A DNA stretch of 64,000 nt, taken from contig OZ316775.1 of the NCBI GenBank assembly GCA_973851085.1, forward strand, positions 7,440,001-7,504,000, given 5' to 3'. The notes under the pieces were generated by a model. That model was given only the letters and a program-made list of their open reading frames with translations, made no database searches and had not been told where the DNA came from. This document shows positions 1-13,477 of this stretch, in pieces. The stretch is from Ptychomitrium polyphyllum. Lineage: Eukaryota. The first letter of the stretch is position 1. Each line of letters opens with the position of its first letter. Both the position numbers and the translations under genes were made by a program.

Positions 1-3000
1 GAGACTGCATGAACAGCCCTCAAGGGAGGAGCTTGAAATTTAGGGCTGGATTCCAAGCTCTCATATCCAAACCATACTAGCTATTGGTTGTAAGTTATCC
101 AGTACTAAATTACTCAAACTAGGAGAGCTTCCAGGAGCCAGGACTGCACCATTGTCCATACTTGCTGACACTGGTACTCAAGCATTTCCAGCTGTAGTGA
201 GACGTTGAGAGCTCAGATGTACTAGGTTCAAAACCAGGCTGATTGTGCAACGTCCACACCCAGTGCAAATTCATTTCAGCTCAAATTTGCACAATGCAGG
301 GTGGACAAATTTACTGCAAGAATTATTTCATAGTGCCATACACTGATAGGAGACTAGGAGTAACAAAAAAATTGGTCATTGTACTCCCAAAGAAAAACAT
401 AAGAGTTTTATTATGACATTTTCTATTAGGTCTGACAGTTTTGTAAGAACACTTTGAATGAATGAATTGAAACACCAGCTCAGTACAGTACACAAACTTA
501 CAACAACAACCTACACTATTTTGTCACTGTTGTAATTACAATACTCTTCTCGAGTCTTTCCTAATACTAGATACCCCTAAGCAACAATTATTTTATGTAA
601 CTTTTTTCTCGTGCTGTGGAATGCACTAATTGAGCATACTCATCAATACTTTCAGTATTATTTAGGATATCATCACCTACACAAACAATATGGATGAGGA
701 GCTGGTGTCTCTAGTAACTGTCACTCATAGATTTGGATGACGTTCAAAATTCATAACCAAAGCTTGATAAATCACAACTCCTTATCAAATTGTGCTTTCT
801 ATTGAAATAGCATCAGACCAAATCAAGAAAGATATATATATTTCAGCACTGAACAACAAATATGGTCATTACAAGGAAACATAGGTTTAGATTATTCAGA
901 TTTCGTGTACACATGATCCCCTTCACAGGAATATCCACAGAGAGTGAGAGGCTCTAATTTGTTCACTAGTAAATGGGGATAATATGTGCACACAGATTGC
1001 AAATGATGTCTGTTTCCTTATAGCAGTTCAATGTGGTCCTCCACGGCAGTGAGAGCGTCACATGCAGCACATACAGAGTATGCAGAGTACTACCTATCTG
1101 TCCACCAATTCCAGAGCAGTAGCAGAAGTATTTTTGCAGTGGCCCTCTTGGTATGCACCTAATTATTTGAGCATTGAGAATGACAAGCAACTACACACTT
1201 GACCATCAATGTCAGACAGATTTTCCATGTGTCCAGTGAATGTAAACTTCCTTATCAGGTCAGGGCTTGCAATCAGTCATTCATGAATCAACTTGTTTTT
1301 CCAAACTCTAGGAAAGTTACTCTGGAGGTTTCTCCAGAGTACTATCCTGCTGTAAGGCTGGTCATACATATCAATGCTTATGTATCCACAAAATCACTCA
1401 GGGAGTTCAGTTACCTTACAATTGATGATGTTGAATTTGAACAGCAAAGCCTTGAGCTTCTGAGAAATTTCTCATGTTCATCTATTCCCAAGCTTAACCT
1501 ACACCCTGAAACCTTTCAGTGTTGCAACATTTTCAACATTTTCTCCTTGCCCATTTTTACTATCAATAATAGATCATGCATTGGCACAAACACTTACAAG
1601 GTTCTGAGCCCTGAATCTGCTTTAAGTTCAAGTTCCCAATTCTGTTGTGCCTATATAATTCTGAGCAGCTTGAGGTATACCAGAATCACAGAAATTTTAC
1701 TGTAAGTATTTCAAGTGCAGCTATTTATAATTTTGAAGAGTTCTACACACTGCTTCAGGACACTTACTTGAGTAATGAACACTTACTTTGAGGTATTTGA
1801 TGTGAATTTTCCAAAATACAAACTTTGTAAGTGTGGATTTTGTAACTACGAGTTTCACAAGAAGAAGTTTAAAATTGCAAAAGTTAGATCTTCTAAAAGT
1901 AAATACATAAACAATGTTCAAAGTGCAATTGCTATTGAATTTTTTTAATACTGTAATATTGAATATCTTCCATCATTTTAATTTAATTTTATAAGTGAGC
2001 ACATTCTCAATGTAAGAAACCATGATTTACAAGATGAATATTTTTATTTTTTCCAAAAGTCCACTATTTTAATTTTTAAAATAAATTAATATTAAAATTT
2101 TAAAAAGTGCAAACTAAATGTCAATAGATTATAGATTTGATGATATCTAGAATCATGCTAAAACCTATATCTTCTAATTTATGATCTTCTTTAATTACCA
2201 TGTATTTATATCCAAATTTGAATAAATTAAAATTTTATTGGCTACATTGTTTATTATTCATTTGCCGCCAAGTTTCTGAATCCAATATGTAACTATAGAT
2301 TTTTATATAAAAATTGATATTTTTAAATTTCACTATAAGTAAAAAAGTCTTAAATTATGGAATTAACTTGTTCCATGGCTTTGAGTCCAGTAATAACATA
2401 GTAATTTTTTCTTAGGACTAACAAATGAAGTAATTGTAAAAGAAAAATGTTGACTCTAAATTGAATTGTGAATTTGGGAATTTTTTTCAAATTTTTAAAT
2501 TTTTTAAAGTATTTATGCAAAATTATCTATAAAATAATCAACAAATGCATACGTAGGGTAAAAAAAAAATACAGTAAATACCGAACTGAAATGAAATAAC
2601 ATTTAAAAGTAATGAGAACTTTGGTACTGGAATTCCATGTAGTATTGTTGTGGTGAGTATACAATAATGATTCCATATAAAATTGTGATATAGATTAAAT
2701 ATAAATTAGATTATTGGGGAAAAAAAAACGAAGTGAAATAGCTTTCTGTTTAAAAATTTAATGAAATATTGTAGGAATTTCTTGGTGATACCACCAACAC
2801 CACTTAAAAATGTATAATAGATAACTTGATGTCAGATTAGAAAATTACTTTTTACATACAAATTTTGGACATTTTTTATTGATTGTCAATTAAAAAAATG
2901 ATTTGCCATATGCAAAGTTTGAAAAAGTTCATTGCTACATTCCAATTTGAAAAGTCCATTATTACATAGAATAATTAACTCATATGTTTCAATCAGATTT

Positions 3001-6000
3001 TCTTGAGGTGCTTAAAATGTAATTTGGAACTAATTTCATAATTATGCAAAATTGAACAGTAAAGAATTTTTACAATAGAATGTGTAACATTTCTACAATT
3101 TTCAAAGCTTAAGAATAATATCATTAATTTGAGGTTTGAATTTAACATTGTGGCTTCAATCTTTTGCCAAAATAATTTAAAGCACACTGTGCTAAAAAAA
3201 ATTTGAACAGTATGTACTACTATTATCTGACATATTCACATTTGAAAGATCACCAGTTTCTCATTTGAAAGCTAACACTGTGATCCGATTATGATTTAGC
3301 TCCACCCTTTGATTAATGTATCATATCAACCTAAAAGTTCAATTTTTCTTAAAAAGATTAATAAAAATTTTAACAACACCAAAATGTAATCACAGTTTTG
3401 AAACAGAAATCGAATCACAACAATAAGCTACAACACCAAGGCAAATCTTCTTAATAATGCAGCCTCATACAGTACTAACTTACAAAGGCATAGAGACTCA
3501 TGCTAAGAAAAAATATGTAGCTAATGCATTTGCCCAAGAAAGGTAATGCCCAAGCACTAGTGAGTCATTTATACATTTGAAACTGAAATCGAGACGTAAA
3601 TAATAAAAGTCATCACTGATGCATAAAGTGGTTGTGTGGCTTCATGGAGACACAATAAGAACTCCATGAATAGGTGCTCAGAAGACCATAGCTTTCGAAG
3701 AGAATGGTTAGAGTGCCAACCAGGGAAGCAAACTCAGGTGCAAGCCTGGTCTGAGTACTGAGCAAAGACAGTCATCCGAAGAGGTTGTGACTTGCAGTCC
3801 TAGATCTTGGTTGTTCAAGCATGACAATCTACACATAGACAACCCTTTGTTGTAGAATTGAACACAAAAGAGGTCCTTGAATGGACTCAGTTCGAGTGTT
3901 TGAGAGTGTGCTTCAGAGGCTACACTGCACGGATACCTTCATGGTATCCATGTGGTAGCCAAGAGCTGTCAAGGTGATATTCAATAAATACAATGGTGAT
4001 GCACATGCGTGGTCACTTCGAAATGGACGTTTGAAGCCTGTGGCGACAAAAACCTGAACTTGCTTAGTTTGCACCTGCTGAAGGTGCTACAGTTAGGTGA
4101 TGGTGAATCAGTTAGACAACATAGACAAAGAACAATAAAGTGTTGCATCTGTAACCATGAAATACTGTACATTTCACCATGAAGACCTGAAAATTTGCAT
4201 CTATAAAACTTTCACATTTGGAACCTGCACCTGTGTAACTTGCAGAGTTCAAATCTGCAATTTCACATCACAAACTGCCAAAAACTATTCCATATGCATT
4301 TGCCGAGAGCTACATATGTTTATTGTGCACAGCCACATTTTCATGCGTGAAAGTGGTCAGATTTATTCTTGAAATTTCGTTAGACTAAGCCGGTCCAAAC
4401 TGTATTTTTTGATTCAAGTCGGCTATGTCAAAGAGGTTCATTATATGCTCTACAGATCTGGTTGAATTGCACGGAGAGTTGATATTCAACTCCGCAGCCT
4501 CGCGTTTTTTCCCACCAGCCTTCGGTAATCCTAGATGCATTTAATTCTGGCCTCTGGACAATGCAACATGTGAAAGGCAGATCGAATCATTTCATTGGCA
4601 CTTGAAGCGGCAGATGTGCAGGAGGTAGGACCAAGTAATACAGTCACAGCACCGTCTCACTGAATAAGATCACGGATGTTGCTCCGATAGATTCTCAGCA
4701 AGGACTGCAGTGCCGAATGATTTGTCCTGCGTATGTAACTGCTTTGATATATAATGATTTCCTGCACGGAGTCATTAGCTCTCAAACCAGCCTGTCACGT
4801 GAATGCTTTACATTATTGAAGACCCCAGGTTGTGTGTTTTGATTTCGTTTGAGTTCGCCCGATTTGGAATTTTCACGGAGACCCAGTTCAACGTATATAT
4901 ATTTTAGAGGAAGAAATTGTCATTATAAGTCTGGCCATGAATGCAATATGCAAATGCGATCGAGGTTTTCGTTTCTTCCCTTAAATGAAGATAAAAGTAA
5001 AACGGCGGAAGGGTCTACGTAGTCCAGGGCCAGTGTGTACAACTTTTTTCTGTGTAAGATGATGAACCTGCACGTCGTTGACATTGAAGCCAGCAGTGGA
5101 GATATTGCTGTTGGCCCGGAGTGCTGTAAAATTAAATTTCATCAGCAAAAGATCGGAAATCAAATCATAAAGTAGCCATTCCTGCACTGAATTGGGACCC
5201 CCGGGTTGCAGCTGCAATTTGCAGAACATGGACAGTACACTCACAGTGCATTGTATTTTCCCTGGTGCGTTATTTAAGGGCAAGAGAATGCAAGACCATG
5301 TCTTAGTTGAGTCGTCGTTACAGAAATCTGACTAAAAATCGAATCGAATTTCCCTAACTTAGACACACTTGATCATATGTGGTCTGTCTATTTTGCGAGG
5401 ATTTATTTGGTCCTCTACCTCGTTGTGTGGGCTGGATTTAGCTAAGCCCAGTCTGATTAAGAAAAAAATTGCAAACAGTCACATGTACAAGTTGATCCTG
5501 CTTAACAGGAGAGTTCTTGCTTACGTACTAGTATTTAAACTTTTCAGAGTCGTTCAATCATTGTTCGGAGAAGTGTTATAGGGGGGTTCACTTAGCTAGA
5601 GATGCGATTTCCACCTTTTAAGATGATCAGAGGTGACAGTACGAAGTCAGATGTTGTTTTCAAGACTCACTGCACACCCTCTCCTACAGTGATGGGCCAA
5701 GGAACGTGAGAAAGATATCTTCTAATCCATGTACCACCAGCTCATTAACTCGTTTGCAAGGAAAATCAATTCTGAAGCACCACAAACCTGAACTATTGAC
5801 TGCCACATCACTGAACAGTGAATACCAAATTCTTCACCAAGATTGACACTAAGTTAGGTCAAGTATAGTACGTAATATCAAAATCTCTTGTCTTCAATTT
5901 ATCTGCTCTGTGCTTTCGAACTAGGTCACATCCCCACTATAGGGTTAGAAAAGCGGTTCATATTTCATTATGTATAGCGACTGGGTGCACCAAATTTGAG

Positions 6001-6378
6001 TTCTGCAAGGCTTCAAATTAGACATTACCCTTTTTCTGGTAATCTTTTCCTGTATTTTGCATCGGAGTCCAGACGGTTGGTTTTTAGCAGTTTCTCAGCT
6101 AGTTCAAAGTTTGATGATACGACCTTGTCAGTTTGCCAAGCTGCAACTAGCAAGTCGCCGAACCAGAGGCACCAGTGTCAGTTGAACGAGCCTGCCATCA
6201 AAGCTTACACACCAGAAAACTTATCCTTGGCGCTTCTACTGTTCTACTTCTAGCGCGGAAATCACACCGTTCTCCAGACCTTCACTGACAGTCCACCACG
6301 CTCCCACAGTACAGCCACTAGTCTCCTCTGCAACATCCCCGCCAGCTGCAGAGCAGGTGCAGAGTAGCCTACTCATTA

Positions 6379-6930
6379 ATTGCAACCATCACCCACTGAT
6401 TCATCGTCCACACCCGCCAGACCACCTTGTTGCCCGCCTCCTCATCTCGCATGTCTTTAGCACATGTGCACACGCCGTACCTTGATTGGTGGCCGGCGAC
6501 TGCGAAGCAACTCAATTTCAGTCACCTCTTGACAGTCATTCCACCAAGACCTACATCATTTATGTCACCTTCTTCTGCCCAGCACTCTGAACTCTCTGTG
6601 ACCACTCTGTGAAGCTACTAATTTGTCGTCATTTTTTCCAACTGGGGTCATGAATTTGGACCATCAGTCACAAGAACAGAGAGGAGGTTTATGAAGTGGG
6701 TATGTAACAGCACCCTTTTCTTGCTTTATAGTACCCCACAGCCAACTTCTCTAAGAGAATCTGACACATTGTCAATCCTTGCCTAACACAGTAGTACTAG
6801 TCTTTAGTCTTCAGCCTCTAGAGCGTCTTTGATTCATTCACAGCTGGGGTGTGAATGCAGTCTTGTCTACAATGAATGCAGTCATGTCTACAATATTGGT
6901 GACTGTTCTAGGATTTCTCTTACTCTTTGA
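6379..6930 (+). repeat. Copy A of a ~0.5-kb dispersed inverted duplication (PME upstream region, 5'UTR and signal-peptide codons)
   Basis: Aligns by eye to the reverse complement of 16743-17240. Shared blocks include ttccaactggggtcatgaa.ttggaccatcagtcacaagaacagagaggagg and tgaatgcagtcatgtctacaatattggtga. Confidence 0.92.
6852..6893 (+). repeat. 21-bp tandem duplication at the PME start
   Basis: tgaatgcagtcttgtctacaa followed by tgaatgcagtcatgtctacaa (1 mismatch). Only one unit is present in the paralogous copy near 16790. Confidence 0.9.
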
Positions 6931-9066
6931 GCGTCCCACTCATGTCAGCTGCAGTAGGCACCTTCTAGAAGGAGCTCAATCCATTGAGAACCAAGGTGGT
7001 AAAATAGGGCCAGAGGGGGATCACGATAATGGTTTGGAAGGATTTGTAAAATGGATAGAGAGAGTTGGAAAGAAACACAAGCTGAAGCAACAGGCAAGTG
7101 CGACGCTTGGAAAGAATGGGAGTGAGCTTTATGGGGAGGATCCATCCATAGGCCCACCAGACCTTTCGGCCATGTTTCCAGGGTTGAAGCAGTACTCTGA
7201 CTGGGAGAGTGTGCTGTCTCCTGGTATATATATTGTTGTGGATCAAAATGGATTTGGCAACTTTAGGGGGATTGGGGAGGCTATTGATTCTATACCCGGT
7301 GATCCATTTCGCCGCTACCGCATCACTATTCAAGTCAATGCTGGTACTTATAGGTAACAATCACAATACTTTCCATTCCTGCAGTTTGCAAAATATTTCA
7401 GGTGTGTTCGATCTCGTGTGTGCAAAAGGTCCTGCACTCTTTTAATCTAATCTATTGTGAGAACAATCTCTGAAATGAATATAACGAAAATAAACACCTG
7501 CTGACATACAGAGCATCCTGCCAGAGTAGTTATTTACGTAGTTTTTGAGGATCTTTATCGTCATTTCAAGGAGTGGAATGTTGAATCTGACGTTTCTAAC
7601 TTTGCGTCTTAAAACGCAGGGAAAAATTGTACATTGGTAAGGAGAAGCCATTCATTACAATAGTAGGGATAGGAGATCCTGTGATAGTGTGGGATGACAC
7701 CAAGTCCATTGCAGGAAACCGGACTTTTGATAGCGCCACTTTTGGTGTCGGTGGGGACTTCTTCATGGCAATCAATATGACGTTTCAGGTTAGAGTCGAT
7801 CACTAACAAACGAATGCCTTTACGAAATGTTTTTTAAGAATTTTTGTACAAGATTGCCATTTGTTTTTGTGTTGTCAATCACACAAAGTTTTGCTAAGAC
7901 TTTGTCATGTTACATTTGTGTAGAATTCTGCACCAGCGCCTCCACCAGGGTCAGTTGGCATGCAAGCTGTGGCCCTTCGCGTTACTTCAGATGTGGCTGT
8001 CTTCTACAACTGCAAAATACTTGGCAACCAGGACTCGTTGTATGATCACAACGGCAAGCATTACTTCAAGGATTGCTACATCCGAGGAAGCATCGACTTC
8101 GTCTTTGGAGATGGTCTTTCGATCTATTATGTAGTCTCCCTAGGCCATCTTTTATATGGACTTTACTTCGGCAGTACTTCACCTGATACTTTGGAGCATC
8201 TCAATGATCCAACGTGTAATTAACCTTTACCGGGCCTTTCAATTCTTTGTGCAGAAATGTGAGCTGAACGTTGTATCAACTACATCAGGGGCTGTGACCG
8301 CACAGAAGAGGCAGAATGCAACTGATGACTCTGGGTTTTCATTCCAGTTGTGTTATATCACTGGAGATGCTGGCCAAGTATATTTAGGGCGTGCCTGGGG
8401 ACCCTTCTCCAGGGTAGTGTACTCATACACCTGGATGAACGATGTCATATATGCTCCTGGCTGGTATGACTGGGGCAATTATACCAGACAAGCGTAAGCT
8501 CTCTTCTTTATCCCAGAACGCCCCCCTTCTCGTTTTTTTCTAAAAGAAATGCATGGACATCACATTCTTAAGAGATGCAGGCTACAAGTTAACACCCACC
8601 CAAAGGTATCTGCTATTTTGGAATGGCTCCTATGCCATAATGTCGAGTTGAAAACGAGATAAACAGAGAGGGTACTAAGAAGATATGTAAATGACAAACA
8701 GAGACTTAAAAGCAAAAAGTGAGATATGTGGTATACTTCAAAGAGAGCTGGGTTTAGTACCCACATTCCAGATCTTAATATGTGTTGGTTATTAGGACAT
8801 GTTGTCGACCATCAGGTTATTTAATCATCCTCTCTCATCTGGTAGATGTTGTGAGATAGTATACGGTGACACTATGGGAATGGTTGTGCAGGACGGTATA
8901 CTATGGGCAGTACAAGTGTACTGGTCCTGGTTCTAACCAAGTGGGTAGAGTGCCATGGTCCCATGAGCTCACAGATTGGGAGGCGGCACCATTTTTGTCC
9001 CTCAGCTTTGTGGATGGAGACGCTTGGGTTCCAGAGTATATGAGACCTGTAGAGCCTTTAGTATGA
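6872..9066 (+). CDS. Pectin methylesterase (CE8, type without PMEI pro-domain), 5 exons: 6872-7353, 7620-7788, 7924-8130, 8255-8493, 8892-9066
   Basis: GT-AG exons join in frame. Motifs: hydrophobic signal peptide ([15 protein letters not shown]), GxYx[47 protein letters not shown]. Catalytic Q/D/D/R/W residues present. Confidence 0.95.
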
Positions 9067-11780
9067 AAAGAATCATCATTTGGAAGTAAACAATTAGACA
9101 TACTCCGGTTCGCACTAGTCACTGCGTGAAGACTAACAACAGGTGTAGCTGTGGTCACTCACATTGTTAAAGCCACAATGTGGCCATCTAGGGATACTTC
9201 GTAGGAGTCTCATTTGTTGAAGAATTCATTTGACAGGGCCGCAAAATTGGTCTGTCTGCCTCACTTACAGAAGATAATCATAAGTGGTGTTTCAGTTGAG
9301 GATACTTTCCACTGTGTTACAACACAGTGGGGGTTATCTTCTACGCTGTAGAAATAAATCTCAGAGTTACACATAACGCTGAACATAAAGATTTCTCAGA
9401 GCATCCACTTTGCACGCTCTTTCGTTTGCATGCTTTCTTACCTAGGCAAACACCACACTTAGAGGCCAGGGCAAGTTCTTGTATTAGGAGGAAGTAAGAA
9501 CATCCAATAGTTGTCTTACTTAGAAGTAGTCAAATAATGAGCTTTGTGAGCTTTGTGAGTATTTGCCTATTGAATTTTTAGATTGGAATATTCATATCAA
9601 TTATCTGGTTCATTTTGTTTTTCTTTCCATCTCAATTTCTAAGCTCTGTTCATTTACAAGCAATGATTGCAAATGATATCTTTAGGGAAAATTGTAACTT
9701 GAATTTGTTAATAGTAGATTCTTTGTTTATATCTAAGATGTAAGATAAAACAATTGAAGCTTTTAATGTACTGGTGCCAATTTGGTGAAACAATATGAAT
9801 GTTAAGAATCATAAACAACTTCTACATAAAATTCGAATTCATATCAGAATGCATAATTATTTTACAAGGTTTAGTTGATTCTAACATGACACGTCATGTG
9901 CACCTTTATTAAAAAGATAATTGTACCATAAATACATGTAAAATCTAAAATTTTATCTTTATTAAGGAAATTTTATATTTGCAAATGATTGCAATTATAT
10001 ATAGGGTCTGTTTTATCCATTGAAGGAAAAAATTTCACCAAATTATTTTTTTAAGGATTAATGTATGGTATTTTTAAATCAAAATTGTTTTGAAAATATA
10101 TTTATAATATTATCAAAACACTTTTTAAATTATAAAATACTGTGTTTATGCATTAGCCATCAATATCACTTAATGTTGCTTTTATTAGTGATGTCGTTAT
10201 TGTTTGACAATTTCTTTACATACCATTTTTACAAATGTTTGGTTTTTTTAGAAATTCCTTTTTAAAAAACTGCTATATGCCATTTTATATATGGCATTAT
10301 AGCACAGGATGATAGATATTATTGATTTATTAATGATCATGATGATAGTTATTTTTAATAAAATTTAATTACCAAAAACGGAATGTTGAAATTGAACAAA
10401 TTAAAAAATATAGTGTTATTGATTATTTTAAAATAATAATTTATTACAAATACTTTTTCTTTTTTTGTAATTCTTTTCTTTTCTGTTTCTCTTTTTCCAT
10501 TTTAAAAATCCATATAGAAAGAGAAAATATCAGAATTTTTAAAACATGTTAATGCAGAGGTAATAAAAATAATTTTATAAACCAAAATTAATTAATTTGA
10601 TAAGTTAGACTTCACAATGTCGTCAAACAAGTGAACCATACATTTTCGTGAATTGAAAAATTAAGATTACAAAAGTACAAATACATAATTACAAATAGGA
10701 AAAAAATCAAAAGGTCACAGTACATACATCCAAAAACTTATAGTATCCATGTTTATATATTTATAGCAGTCCTCAAAATCCAGCCGTATAAACAATAACA
10801 GTTCTGGACAAAATTTAAAATAAAAAAAGAATTCTTGTATATTCAAATATTTCAAGGCATATTTAGTATACAAGTTTTGAATCTTTTCTGATAGCGTGAA
10901 CTTCAATGTAGAAAATATTGAATGTCTTTAAAAGAAAACAAGAAAAATCACACACTAAGGGTTCTTTAAAATATTCCACCCAAATAGCTAACCTTTTTTT
11001 TTGATAAAGTATATACCATAAATGATAGGAAGGGTTGTGTGGCCCTTAACAAATAATCAAATCCGGAATGAAAATTTACCCCTTGTTTTGGAAAAATTCA
11101 GAAATTCATTTCTATAAACCTTTCCAATGAAATCATCTCATTTTGGGCAAATACAAAAAACCAAAAAAGAATTAATATTTAATTTTGGATAAACAATGAT
11201 ATTTGTGTTTGTTATTAATATACATTTCAATTTTTCCAAAACAATAATTTTTCAACATTGCAACTTCCATTTTGTTAATGAGTTAAACACAAACCCACCC
11301 TTTGGATACCAAAAGGTGAAACTATGGACCTTTTACATAATTTTCATTCATTCAATATTATATCATCTTATTTTCTTACACCCAGTTGTCCATTCATTGT
11401 TTCAAGTTTAGAATTCAGGAATCAAGCTGTAAACTGAGACGCAACTTGCTACTGTGCTTCGCTCCCAGCTTCAAAAAGTCTCAGAACCACAAAAGAAAGT
11501 TTGAGCAAAAGTTGGGGGTCTGGGCACTCGTGGCTTTAAGTAACGGACCTGCCTTCGGTATAAGCCTCCCTTACCACGGTAACGAAGCCTGCAACGGTGA
11601 CGGGGACCAGCCCCTCAGCCGTGTGCAAGGGAGTCAGCATGTGGTGCACAAGCCACGGTGAAGAGGGGACCTCACTGGTTCACAGAATTCTCGCCAAAGC
11701 GAGGCTGCTTTAGGAGCCTTGCAGAACTCAGTCAGCGAGCTTGGTTCTCCACGTTAGTCTCGCAAGGCGGCAGTTTGGCG

Positions 11781-13477
11781 ATGGCGGGATCTCTCGCCAC
11801 TCTGCAGGCCTGTGCTCGCCCTGCATTGCCCACTGCCTTCACCACTGCAGCCTCGCTTGTGCAACCCAGTGGCACTTCACTTGGTGTTGCCACCACCTTC
11901 CGAGGAGGCTCTCACTTGGGTAATCCATTCGTTCAGGCATATTTGCATGCATGCATGCATGCATTTCATCTCAGCTCATTCCTGGTCATTGGAATCAGTT
12001 GATTCACTTTCAGTGGTTGCGATGCCTAGTCTGTGTCTAGTGTCTGGGTTGCACAGTGGAAGGCTCTAGTTCGAGGGCTCAGCTGGGGAGGAAGTGAACT
12101 GAGGCGGTTATTGAGTGACGAGGACTCCACCTTTGGTTAGTGAGGATAACGCTTTGATGCTAGTATCCGGGTTTTGCCCTGATTCTCTGGGAAGTTTTGG
12201 GTTGAGGGGGGGTACCTTGGGTGGAGATTGGTCACTTTGATGTTGGCTCGAACTTGATGTGGAGTTTTTACGACTTGACTATTACTTCAACCTTGGAATT
12301 CAACTTAGGGGTTATGTATCAGTTATTTCGTGTGTGCGTGTACGTCACGCTCTGCATCGTGCTAAGTAGGAGATGTATGTATGCTGCTGCTTAGGAACAG
12401 GGGAGTGTTCTGAATCTGGATATGGAGTATGGGCCAACGAATTGAAAAAGTCGCATTCCTTGAGGGCAATTTTCAATTCAGAGACGAACTCATCGGCAAG
12501 TGTGAGTAATGACGAGAATGACTCCCCTCCTGCTGGTTGCAGTCGAGTCAAAGTGGAACTTAAGAAACCATTAGGTATGCCCGGCCTTCTACTCATGATA
12601 GCGCTCTTTAGGAAACATGACTCTAAGTGATTTAAGCCTCCTCAGCTCAATGGAAAATCCGAATGTTTAAGATCGTGATTCGTTTAATCTGAGCATGAGG
12701 GTTCTGGACTTGGCAGTCGCAATGACTGGTTGGTGAATTTGGTGTTCCAGGCATTGCTTTTGAAGAGGACGAATCCGGGAGAATGTTCGTGGGTGAGGTG
12801 ATTGAAGGTGGAAATGCAGATAAGTCGATGTTGGTGGACGTTGGTGACCAGCTCATTGCCACAAGTGCTATAGTTTATGGATCGGAGGAAGAGTATCAAG
12901 GCGTGATGGTCAGAAAGGGTATGCAGAAGATCCGACTCAATGTACGCGGGGAGAGATTTGAGACGGTCTGTTTCTTATACTACATCAATTGCACATGTTT
13001 TATGGTACCCTATTTCGTCGTCGTTGTTGTTTTTATACAAGACTTACAGATATCATTAGACACTTTGTTTTTGCTCCAGCCTTCTAGCATTTTCATATGC
13101 GCTTTGAATTTTGGCGAAGTAAACACGTTGATGAATTTGTTGAGTACAGGTCATTGCAGCTATAGGTACCCATCCGTACTATGTTAAGGTGCAATTCTTA
13201 CCTCACTCCCTTCTCGGGGAGTTTGTTGAATTGGTGGAAGGTTGGAGTGTCAGTGTCCGGTGTCCCTTCTTATCACTTCCTCTGTTCGGCTAGACTTACG
13301 ATCAGTTTCTAGGATCAATGTCACAACACTTGCAACTTCACCTGTCTCGGTGGTTCTGTTCTCGTTCGGTAGTGTGGCTCTGAGGTTGAAGGTTGCTGTA
13401 ATGTGAAGGTTGAAATGGAGTTTCAAAAATGCAAACCTATGCCACAAGATTCTCAAAATGGATCCACAAGAAACTGA
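11781..13477 (+). CDS. Plastid-targeted PDZ-like domain protein (resembles the PDZ region of MET1/ZKT); exons ~11781-11919, 12395-12574, 12751-12965, 13150-13188, 13409-13477
   Basis: Ala/Ser/Thr-rich transit-peptide-like N-terminus. Spliced sequence reads VKVELKKPLGIAFEEDESGRMFVGEVIEGGNADKSMLVDVGDQLIATSAIVYG, with a PDZ carboxylate-loop-like KPLGI and a VGD..IATSA motif. The last exon is less certain. Confidence 0.75.

Noticed and set aside
1..1921. ORFs 966-1190, 1199-1705 and exon-like patches
   Set aside because: No recognisable domain, non-ATG starts, and no consistent spliced frame could be built. It might be part of a gene extending outside the window.
1900..3400. AT-rich islands (also ~9700-11400, 26000-27100, 50700-52700) as transposons
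   Set aside because: No TIR/LTR, PBS, transposase or RT motifs were seen. Their short ORFs are compositional artefacts.
6661..6786. Alternative frame TERRFMKWV resembling the N-terminal F.KW motif of some PMEs
   Set aside because: Too short, no upstream ATG, closed by stops, and the PME already has its own GFVKWI segment. Likely coincidence.
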